This document shows positions 17,808-26,219 of a stretch of 64,000 nt of DNA, in pieces (within the stretch, counting starts at the first letter, position 1; each line of letters starts with the position of its first letter). The position numbers and the translations under genes were made by a program. Under the pieces are notes generated by a model that saw nothing but the letters and a program-made list of their open reading frames with translations, had not been told where the DNA came from and made no database searches. This DNA comes from Candidatus Latescibacterota bacterium (GTDB taxonomy: Bacteria > Latescibacterota > UBA2968 > UBA8231): the NCBI GenBank assembly GCA_965203175.1, contig OZ241867.1:1792001-1856000 (forward strand), in the 5' to 3' direction.

Positions 17808-18599
17808 TCAACAGTTTCCGTCCTCCAGATCAGAGGAGGGCTGCACTCGATACCAATACCGGTACGACTCGCTGAAACCATACTTGCGTTGTAGAGTTAG
17901 GGCTGGCTCGTTGTTCGCCATCACCTGCAGGTATGCCAGACGCGCCCCCTGCTCAAATCCCCAGTTGAGGCGGGCCTCAAGGAGCCCACGGCCGAAGCCC
18001 TGACCCCGATGCTCGGGATCCACCATCAAATCAAAGAGCCCCATGATTGAGCCCGAAACAACGGCGCGGGCGCAGCCTACGGATTGGCCATCAGTCCGGG
18101 CGACAACATAGGCCGAAGGAGTGGGGATCGCGTTGAGCAAACTGCGAAATATCTCAGCGTGCTGATTGCGACCGGACAGACGTATCCAAGTTTCGAGCCA
18201 CTCATCTGTTGCCCCTTCGTATAGCGATATGGCAGGGGAACTAGCGGGACGGGCCTCAAGCCGCATGGTTTGAACCAGTGTATCGGCGTCTTTCGAGTAC
18301 TGAAGCTGCGCCAAGGTCTCGTCCAAATCCTCAGGCTGACAGGCAGGGAAAATCTTGAAAAGACAAGGTAGCGATGCCCGCGCGTACGCCGCTTCACAAT
18401 GAACCAGCTTCTCTTGGAGCGGGGATGTGGATTCATACAGCGGGACTACACAGTTGGCACGGCGACTGTATCCCTCAGCCATTCGAACGATCCAGCCGTC
18501 GTAGAACTCTGTTTGCAGCGCGGGTAGCCCGTTCAGTGCCGCCTCTTCCAGCCTTGCTACAAGCTCTGGACTGTTCGTTGAATCAAGTGCTGTCGTCAT
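17808..18599 (-). CDS. GNAT family N-acetyltransferase
   Basis: DGWIVRMAEGYSRRANCV, HRGQGFG, AYLQVMANN; start placed at MTTALD. Confidence 0.9.
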   Translation of the reverse strand: MTTALDSTNSPELVARLEEAALNGLPALQTEFYDGWIVRMAEGYSRRANCVVPLYESTSPLQEKLVHCEAAYARASLPCLFKIFPACQPEDLDETLAQLQYSKDADTLVQTMRLEARPASSPAISLYEGATDEWLETWIRLSGRNQHAEIFRSLLNAIPTPSAYVVARTDGQSVGCARAVVSGSIMGLFDLMVDPEHRGQGFGRGLLEARLNWGFEQGARLAYLQVMANNEPALTLQRKYGFSESYRYWYRVQPSSDLEDGNC

Positions 18600-18627
18600 A
18601 GGTTTCGGTATGCCTATATTCGTTCGT

Positions 18628-19035
18628 TCATCCTGACTCAACTGGACCAATTTTCGCTATGATCGAGCGCAAATCTGGATCTGAAAACAGATCTGACTTC
18701 AATACTTTGCCGTCCTCCCTGAATATCGGCTTGCCCTGCTCATCTAGCTTGCTCATGTTGCTGCGGTGGACTTCAGCAAATAGCTCTTCGGCAATGTCCT
18801 GCAGACCATGCGTGATGAACGTACCCAGCAATACGTAAAGCATGTCGGTAAGGGCGTCTGCGATCTCGACGATGTCGTGGTTATGTACGGCCGCTCGATA
18901 TTCGTCTAGCTCCTCCAAAAACATCTGGATACGCCCTTGGCTTATTTCCGCCGGCACCGTTGCCGTAGGCGTGCGCTCCATGTATGCTTGGAACACTTCG
19001 TGAAAACATCTGACGCTATCAAGCTGGTCTTTCAC
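18628..19035 (-). CDS. MazG-like nucleoside triphosphate pyrophosphohydrolase
   Basis: EELDEY, EIADALTDMLYVLLGT, EVHRSNMSKL, REDGKVLK; GTG start after AGGAG. Confidence 0.9.
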   Translation of the reverse strand: MKDQLDSVRCFHEVFQAYMERTPTATVPAEISQGRIQMFLEELDEYRAAVHNHDIVEIADALTDMLYVLLGTFITHGLQDIAEELFAEVHRSNMSKLDEQGKPIFREDGKVLKSDLFSDPDLRSIIAKIGPVESG

Positions 19036-19085
19036 TTGGGATCTCCTGACAGTTCTGCAATTTATTGGATATTTTGTCAAAATCC

Positions 19086-19142
19086 TTGATTGAACAAATG
19101 TATAGCATTATATTCATTAAAATTAAGTTAAAACTTAGGAGG
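19086..19142 (+). promoter_or_regulatory. Putative sigma70 promoter and RBS of the methyltransferase
   Basis: TTGATT-N17-TATATT at 19086-19114, AGGAGG at 19137-19142, in an AT-rich divergent intergenic region. Confidence 0.4.
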
Positions 19143-20079
19143 GTAAATAACCAATGGCAAAGCAAACACCCAAAGATAATTTGCCTCTTGATCAGATATA
19201 TCAGGGAAATTGTCTCACTCTTTTACAAAGTCTCCCTGATGATTGTATTGACTTGGTTGTGTCCTCGCCTCCTTATAATTTGGGTAAGGAGTATGAAGCC
19301 AGAATGGCTTTGGAACACTACCTTGAAGAGCAGACAATTGTTCTCCAGGAGTGTGCACGTGTTTTAAAGTCTATAGGATCCATTTTTTGGCAAGTCGGTG
19401 CTTTTTCTGACAAAGGCATGTTGGTTCCTTTAGATATTCGTTTTTTTCCTATCTTTGAGTCAATTGGTTTAATTCCTCGTAACCGGATCATGTGGGTTCG
19501 TCAACACGGTCTACATGGTAGGAGAAAATTCTCTTGTCGCCATGAGACTATCTTATGGTTTACAGCTTCTGATGATTATTTTTTCAATCTTGACTCTATT
19601 AGAGTCCCACAGAAATGGCAAAATAAAAAGCATTATAAAGGAGAAAAACGCGGCGAATTTTCTTGCAATCCTGACGGCAAAAATCCAGGAGACATTTGGG
19701 CTTTCCGAAACGTAAAACATAACCATGAAGAACAGACAATTCATCCATGTCAATTCCCTGAGGACTTAATTGCCCGCATAGTATTGAGTAGTACAGAACC
19801 CGAAGGGATAGTAGTGGACCCCTATATGGGAGCTGGAACAGTCGCTGTGGTAGCTCGGGATTATGGCCGTCATTTTATCGGTGCAGAACTTGATGAGAAA
19901 TATCATAATATAGCTACGAGACGTCTTAAGGGAGAACCGGACGAAAATGGTATATTCCCTAATCTTAAAACACTAAGAGATTATGTGGAAAAAACTGGAG
20001 AGCCAATTGAAAAATTCCGATTTGATGTTCAAGTCGGTAGTACGCCTACCGAGAGAAGTAAAGCTAAAATATATCCTGA

Positions 20080-21009
20080 GAAGCCGTCTGAAAACTATAT
20101 TTTTCACTTGATCCGTTTGAGTATCAAGTGGATCATGGCAATCTGAATCAAGGCCTCACTATGGCAGGTCAACACCTCATAATCTCTCGCATGACGACGA
20201 AAATTCATCAACCACGCAAACGTACGCTCAACGACCCAACGCCGTTTGAGTACGGTAAATCCACCGCCTTGTTTGGCGACGACTTCCAAGTCAATCTTGT
20301 GCGTCTTTTTTATGTCGGCTACCCACGTTCGGATCGCCTCACCTTGGTAGCCCCCATCGACCCACAGTTTGCGCAAGCGGGGTACGTCGGGGGTACTATA
20401 GCGGGTCAACACCTGCTTTAGGCCGTCGCGGTCGTCGACATCGGCGGCGGTAACCACCACCTGTCTAAGCAAGCCCGAGGTGTCAACCAACAGATGCCGC
20501 TTGCGTCCTTGAATCTTTTTGCCGGCGTCATATCCGGTTGTTTTACCTTGGGTTGCCGTCTTAATTGTCTGACTGTCGATACAGCCTGCCGACGGCGTGG
20601 ATACCCGGCCTTGTCGGCGACGTTCCCGTTGGCTGAGTTGATCCAACACCTGCGGCCAGACCCCTTGGAGCGTCCAGCGACGAAAGTAATCATACACGGT
20701 TTTCCACGGCCCAAAACAAATAGGCAACAACGCCCAAGGACACCCCGTCTTGGTCAAATACAAAAGGCCATTGACCATCTGGCGGCGATCCCGCGGGGGC
20801 CGACCCGGACCGTTCGGCCACCACCTCGGAGCCGGCAGTAACGGTTCGATCCGCTGCCATTGCGCATCGGTTACATCGGTAGCATATTGCATTCGCGGCG
20901 TACTCATCATAAGAGCCTTTCTATTCAGATTTTGTCGTGAAACCTGAATATGGCCCGATGAGTACGCCGTTTCAAATTCAGACCACAGCAAGGGTTTTCA
21001 GACGGCTTC
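20080..21009 (-). mobile_element. IS5-family insertion sequence (IS1031-like), 930 bp
   Basis: Perfect 16-bp IR GAAGCCGTCTGAAAAC; 3-bp target duplication TGA at 20077-20079 and 21010-21012. Confidence 0.93.
20104..20910 (-). CDS. IS5-family transposase
   Basis: YATDVTDAQW, TGCPW, IDSQT, GRKRHLLVDT, VDGGY, RWVVERTFAW. Confidence 0.93.
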   Translation of the reverse strand: MMSTPRMQYATDVTDAQWQRIEPLLPAPRWWPNGPGRPPRDRRQMVNGLLYLTKTGCPWALLPICFGPWKTVYDYFRRWTLQGVWPQVLDQLSQRERRRQGRVSTPSAGCIDSQTIKTATQGKTTGYDAGKKIQGRKRHLLVDTSGLLRQVVVTAADVDDRDGLKQVLTRYSTPDVPRLRKLWVDGGYQGEAIRTWVADIKKTHKIDLEVVAKQGGGFTVLKRRWVVERTFAWLMNFRRHARDYEVLTCHSEALIQIAMIHLILKRIK

Positions 21010-21195
21010 TGAAGAATATCATCTACAAGAACTTGAAGGACGATTAGAATACGAAGAAATGGCTTTTGGGGCAGATTTACGAGGTGAAGAACGTCCTATT
21101 GATACCAAGCTAAATGGCGGTGTTCCGAAAAAAAGAAAGAGTAAATCCGATACTATTTCCTACCAGCAAGGGCCCTTATTTGAGTAAACTTTAAT

Positions 21196-21468
21196 TTACC
21201 CTAACACGATATTGCATCTGCTCTTTGATGATCTTCCGCGATGTATGGTACATGGGACTTCATTTCTCTCCACAACTGTACGGGAATAGCGAGGATTTTC
21301 ATATTCAGTAAATACAGAATCTACTTTTTCGCCTAACCTTTCAAACAAACCTACAAGCCTGATTGGCACGTCGAACACATTGTAACGAAATAGCTCTGTT
21401 AGTTGATTGTGAGCTTGTTCAAAGTAAAGAGTGCTATTCGATGCTGGGAACATATGGGCTTTCGTAAT
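21196..21468 (-). pseudogene. C-terminal remnant of a BglII-like type II restriction endonuclease
   Basis: ITKAHMFPASNSTLYFEQAHNQL..YNVFDVPIRLVGL closely matches my recollection of R.BglII (ITKGHMFPASNSSLYYEQAQNQL..YNVFDVPIRLVGL); convergent with the MTase; cut by the IS at 21469. Confidence 0.85.
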
Positions 21469-22628
21469 GGCGTTGTTGCATGAAAGCTGTGTTCGGGTCT
21501 TGAAATGAGTCAGGCTCTTCGGTTAGATTGGTTCGTGGTTTCCAGCAAGAAACACGTTCCTTTCTTCCCAAAGAGCCTGTGATGAGCAAAGTATCTGGCA
21601 GTTCGCCCTCGGTCAAGTCGCAACCGGTGTATCGGGTTAAGAATTGGTCGTCGTATAATCGGGCGTTGGTGGCTCGTGGTAGCCTGACGGTGTGGCTGGA
21701 CGATGGTCTGTGGAAGCAATGGTATGCTCAGGGGCCATCGCAACGGGGTGCTCAGTTTGTCTATTCGGATCCAGCGATTGAATGGATGTTGACGATGCGG
21801 GTGTTGCTTGGGTTGCCGTTGCGCCAGACGCAGGGGTTTATCCAATCGCTGTTGGACTTGATGGGGTTGGCCTTGGCCGTGCCGGACTACTCGACCTTGT
21901 CGCGTCGCCAAGGGGCCTTGGCGGTGGAGTTGCCGAAAAAGCAGCCCGATAGCCCGGCTAGCCCGATGCACTTGGTAGTGGATTCGACGGGTTTGAAAGT
22001 CTATGGCGAGGGCGAGAGGAAAGTCCGTCAACACGGCTGGACCAAACGGCGCACGTGGCGCAAACTGCATGTGGGGGTCAACGAGGCCACCGGCGAGGTG
22101 GTCGCGCAGACGTTGACGTCCCATCGGATCGATGATGCCTCGCAGGTGGCCCCTCTGTTGACCCAAGTCGACGAGGCGGTGGAGGCGGTAGGCGGCGATG
22201 GGGCCTATGACAAACAGAAGGTGTTCGACGCCTTGGCCACGCGGAGTGATCCCTCGATTCGGCCGATCATCGCACTGCGCAAAGACGCTACAATCCATCA
22301 GCATGGTAATTGTAAGGTCCCCCCGTTGGCGCGCGATGAAATCCTGCGGGCCATACGACGAAAGGGACGCAAGGAGTGGAAACAGGCCAGTGGCTATCAT
22401 CGACGCTCGTTGGCCGAAACGCAAATCTATCGCTATAAGCACCTCATCGGCGACAAGCTGAAGGCGCGTAGCTGGATCAACCAACAGGTCGAAAGTCGCC
22501 TCGGCTGTGCCCTCCTCAATCGAATGATCCATGTGGGCAAACCCCAGTCGTATCGAGTAGAAAAAATCAACTGAACAAAAAACAACATTCGACAATGATG
22601 CCCCAGATATGATTCATGCAACAACGCC
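21469..22628 (+). mobile_element. IS5-family (IS903-like) insertion sequence, 1160 bp, without target duplication
   Basis: Perfect 16-bp IR GGCGTTGTTGCATGAA at 21469-21484 and 22613-22628; flanks TTTCGTAAT and GTTGGGTTG differ. Confidence 0.92.
21582..22574 (+). CDS. IS5-family (IS903 group) transposase
   Basis: NWSSYNRALVARGSLTVW, VDSTGLKVYGEGE, GDGAYD, YHRRSLAET. Confidence 0.93.
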   Translation: MSKVSGSSPSVKSQPVYRVKNWSSYNRALVARGSLTVWLDDGLWKQWYAQGPSQRGAQFVYSDPAIEWMLTMRVLLGLPLRQTQGFIQSLLDLMGLALAVPDYSTLSRRQGALAVELPKKQPDSPASPMHLVVDSTGLKVYGEGERKVRQHGWTKRRTWRKLHVGVNEATGEVVAQTLTSHRIDDASQVAPLLTQVDEAVEAVGGDGAYDKQKVFDALATRSDPSIRPIIALRKDATIHQHGNCKVPPLARDEILRAIRRKGRKEWKQASGYHRRSLAETQIYRYKHLIGDKLKARSWINQQVESRLGCALLNRMIHVGKPQSYRVEKIN

Positions 22629-23683
22629 GTTGGGTTGTTGAATATCATGACCGAACTCATCTGAGCGGAGATACCTATATTCATCTCGGAAAGGTTGAAA
22701 TTGAGGAATGTACACCGGACGGAAACTGTTTTTTTAAGTTTTATCCTCAGTGCAGTGAACAACTTAAAAAATGTATCAATAAAGCATGGAAGTGCGTGAA
22801 AGGTAACTATGATGCGGGAAACGCGGCAAAAATTATCCTTGACCAGCTCGGCGAATCCATGGTCAGATTGGGGCTTTTGCAACCGCGTTTTGAAATAGGA
22901 GATCGTAAATTCATTACCGACCGCAAATTTGCCATTGTTGTTTTAGATACAAACGTCTTACGCGATGGGACTGTTCGCCATTTACAGGAGCAGTTCCACG
23001 AAACACAGATCTGGATTATCATTCCTACCGTCATTCTGATGGAAATTGGAGAAAACGTCGCAAATGTAGCGAATCAAGATAAGAGCGGATGCAAAAAAAA
23101 TAATAGTACCCTTATTAGGAGGCGTCCTCAAACGACAATTGCACCCCAAGCAGTAACGTGGATTAGAAACCGTTTTCCAACCGAGACCTTAGAACTCGCC
23201 CCGGAGTTGCTGAGGACTTTTCGTGGATATGAAACAAAGGAGACTGACAAAGAGCCAGACCGGATTTCTATCAATGATCGTTTAATTTTGGAGGGAATTA
23301 AGGACCTGCGACGTCAGCGTAATTTATCGGAGGGTGTTTATTTAATGTCTAGAGATAAGGCTATGTCTCGGCTTGCTCGGCTTGAAGGAATTCAGACAAT
23401 TTACCCTGATATTCCAGATATTCAAGAAGTTTGCGATGGCATCGATTCGATTCGATATTCACTTGAATCTCGAACCTATATGGTCTGTTCTATCCATCAT
23501 TTCTTGTGGGATTTAACCCATGTCTTTAGTAAGATTCGCGTCAGGAAGTGCTCAGAGGAGACGCAAAAGATCGAACAATTGGAACTTTCCTACTACTATC
23601 CAACTAAACTTGTAAACGATTGGGTTGACGATAAACTGGAGGTGACAGGCTTTGGATCCTGTTCTGCTGCCGAGACTTCTTGA
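22629..23683 (+). CDS. PIN-domain protein, 5'-truncated by the IS
   Basis: VVLDTNVL, IPTVILMEI, NDRLIL, SRDKAM give the four PIN acidic positions; the track start codon (22616) lies inside the IS inverted repeat. Confidence 0.8.
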
Positions 23684-24524
23684 CGTACTTGATCTATTGG
23701 AAACCAAATCTGTACCAGTTACAATAGATGATTTGAAAGTCAAGAAGGGTATGACAAAGAGACGCTTTGCAGAAATTGGGCGAGTACTCGAAGGCTTTCA
23801 AGTCGCACGCCGTGATGACGAGGCATTCGTGCCTTGTGCTGATCTGAAGACATTTGTGGCGTATTGGGAAGATGTCAATCTGGAGGGGATAAACGCCTTC
23901 TTTCGCCGCTACCCGCCTTATGATACGTTTTTGCGTTTTTTAAGGACAGAAAAGTGTATATGCGTCCCGTCCAAAACGGACACTGAAGCACGGCGTCAAA
24001 TGGGGAAACAGTTGAGGAGAGATAAAACCGGATTGACCTTTGTGGCGATTGACACTTTCAAATGGTGGAGAATGGTCGTTGGGGAGGTTTATCTATCTCA
24101 TATTGGTGATAGAAATATCTACTGGGGTGGCCAGAACCCTGATATTGATACTTTCGAGGGAAGTGTTCACTCCCATTACAGAGAGATTCGACCGATGGAC
24201 GGTTTTGCCAATGTTGGACAACTCGCCGACCGGGTCTGCCGTGAACTCCAGATTTCATTTATCCGGTTTGAGGAACTTTTTATCCAACTATGCCTGCAAA
24301 GACGTGATTATATGACATCTACCTCCCTTGTTCGTACACCTAGCAGTAAATCATCGGTCCAAACGCTTCTATCGAGGTCCCAGGCAAAACGAACCGGCTA
24401 TCCGATTGAGTGGACAGCCAAACGCTTTATGGAAGATGGTATATTCATCAATGGACGGAGCGTGAAAATGGTCAAATTCAAGTCGGTGGAGGTATTGGTT
24501 TATCAACAGGAGATGACTCAATGA
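23652..24524 (+). CDS. Hypothetical protein, possibly with winged-helix domains
   Basis: 290-aa ORF overlapping both neighbours (32-nt overlap and ATGA); helical pattern VGQLADRVCRELQISFIRFEELF. Confidence 0.7.
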   Translation: MDPVLLPRLLDVLDLLETKSVPVTIDDLKVKKGMTKRRFAEIGRVLEGFQVARRDDEAFVPCADLKTFVAYWEDVNLEGINAFFRRYPPYDTFLRFLRTEKCICVPSKTDTEARRQMGKQLRRDKTGLTFVAIDTFKWWRMVVGEVYLSHIGDRNIYWGGQNPDIDTFEGSVHSHYREIRPMDGFANVGQLADRVCRELQISFIRFEELFIQLCLQRRDYMTSTSLVRTPSSKSSVQTLLSRSQAKRTGYPIEWTAKRFMEDGIFINGRSVKMVKFKSVEVLVYQQEMTQ

Positions 24525-25747
24525 GTAGTTCAAATCAGGATCTCACTCTCGATGGTTTACTTGAAGAGTTTAGTCAAGAAACACCCGAAAATCCATACGA
24601 AGAATTCTTCCTTTTATCGAATCCTTTTCCTACCCTTGGACAATTTTACGGAATTTGCGTCGATCAGGAGTCGGTAAAGGGAGAATTTACGCGAGTACTA
24701 AGAGATTTTTATCTCGACTCACAGTCACGGATCATGACGATGCTCGGCAGCACGGGTGCGGGCAAAACCAATCTGTTGCGGTTTTTGGAGCAAACACTTA
24801 AAAGCTGGCGAGAACCTAGTAGCGAAAAGAAGGCGGTTACCGACCTGTTTACGGTCTTCGTTGAGCAACCACAAGGGAGTTATCTGGAGATACACCGCCA
24901 AATCATCAGTCAACTCGGAGCTCTGTTTTTCACAGAGTTTTTTTTAGCTGTCCGACGACGTAATATCAATATGTCTAAACTTCCTGCCGAATTACCCGGG
25001 ACAAACCCAGAGTTGATTCGGGCACTGGTTCACATTGCCCAGAGAACTTCCGGTCAATTATCTTTACAGGAGATCTCAGATCAGAATTCCATCTCGCGCG
25101 AACCGCAATCATATCGGATACTGGGAGAATGGCTACAGGGTGTAAAACTTTCCGCTGCCGAAAAAAGGCAGTTAGGTAATGTTTCGGCCGAGGTTAATAA
25201 GTCCTCTACAGTCGCAATTAAATTTCTGTCCGACCTTATCAAAATCTTTTTGCACGTCGGGCTTTTTAAGGGGATAGTTATACTCATTGATGAGTTTGAA
25301 GAGGTGTTTTCAGGTCTACCCGCAACTAGTCAAGGGCAATATGCCCAAGATTTGCGAAATCTGTTTGATAGCCATTCTAAAGGCGTTGTTTTTGTTGTCG
25401 CGACTACTCCGATTGCAGAACGGCTTCAGCAGATTTCGCCTGCGCTCCAGCGTCGGTTGGGAGAAGGCGTTCAGATAGAGCCGATTTCTGACGAGGACAC
25501 CGCCCTAGAGTATGCACAGGCTTACATTCAGTGGGGGCGAGATGGGTTTAAAGAAAAAACAGAGAGAGATGTCCGTTTGCCTGAGGATTGTCCGGATGTG
25601 GATGAACCTTACTATCCACTGACCGAAGCTAAGGTCAAAGAAGTTTACAACGGCTTAAAGGATACCTACAAGACTGAAAATGTCATTCCCGGTGACCTGC
25701 TCCCAGAGCTGAATCTTTCACTTTATAAGCGAGTGTATGGTGAGTAG
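24521..25747 (+). CDS. P-loop (AAA-type) ATPase
   Basis: Walker A GSTGAGKT, Walker B IVILIDEFE, PALQRR arginine-finger-like; ATG at 24521 after AGGAG with ATGA coupling. Confidence 0.88.
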   Translation: MSSSNQDLTLDGLLEEFSQETPENPYEEFFLLSNPFPTLGQFYGICVDQESVKGEFTRVLRDFYLDSQSRIMTMLGSTGAGKTNLLRFLEQTLKSWREPSSEKKAVTDLFTVFVEQPQGSYLEIHRQIISQLGALFFTEFFLAVRRRNINMSKLPAELPGTNPELIRALVHIAQRTSGQLSLQEISDQNSISREPQSYRILGEWLQGVKLSAAEKRQLGNVSAEVNKSSTVAIKFLSDLIKIFLHVGLFKGIVILIDEFEEVFSGLPATSQGQYAQDLRNLFDSHSKGVVFVVATTPIAERLQQISPALQRRLGEGVQIEPISDEDTALEYAQAYIQWGRDGFKEKTERDVRLPEDCPDVDEPYYPLTEAKVKEVYNGLKDTYKTENVIPGDLLPELNLSLYKRVYGE

Positions 25748-26219
25748 TAAACTCCTACTCAATAACTATAGCTTCGGAAAGATCTATCTGAAAGCATTTG
25801 AGGACACCCAAGATATGATTATAGCCCGTACGGGACCTGATTGCTTATGGTTAGATCTAGATAGGGGGACAGGCTCAACTAAAAAAATGGCTTTGGGGAG
25901 AAATCCACACACTCTTGCCAAGAAGAACTTAAGAAGCCTTTTCAAAACTAGGGTTTCGATCTCTCAAGCGGCTCAAAGCGTCTGATACTGGGTCATCTGA
26001 CCCTATGAAAAACGCTTGGTGCCAAGGTACTTTATCCCCTCGCAAAGCGGCCCGATGAGGGTTTTAAAAAGGCTTCTAATGAAAAGCAAGCTAAGTAAAG
26101 CCATTCCAACAAGTTGAGAATCTCTGAAAGAAGAAGTTGTTAAGAAGGAATATCTTTTACTAAAAAGAGGTCGAGAAGGCTAGATTCGATATTTTGTCTC
26201 TATATACCGCATACCGCGT

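Larger units (their letters stand above)
19154..21187 (+). pseudogene. Beta-class DNA methyltransferase (M.BglII-like, m4C), interrupted near the 3' end by an IS5-family element
   Basis: SPPY motif IV precedes DPYMGAGT motif I; removing 20080-21012 restores an open frame of 366 aa ending ...IYPEEYHLQELEGRLEYEE...QQGPLFE*; similarity to M.BglII recalled from memory. Confidence 0.88.

Noticed and set aside
21510-22595. 361-aa minus-strand ORF and other long antisense ORFs (44590-45654, 47979-48953, 50767-51648, 52033-53028)
   Set aside because: Shadow ORFs opposite well-supported genes in GC-rich DNA, with no motifs
25050-25070. QLSL beta-clamp-like motif in the ATPase (and QGPLF at the restored MTase end)
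   Set aside because: Short motifs that arise by chance; no independent support
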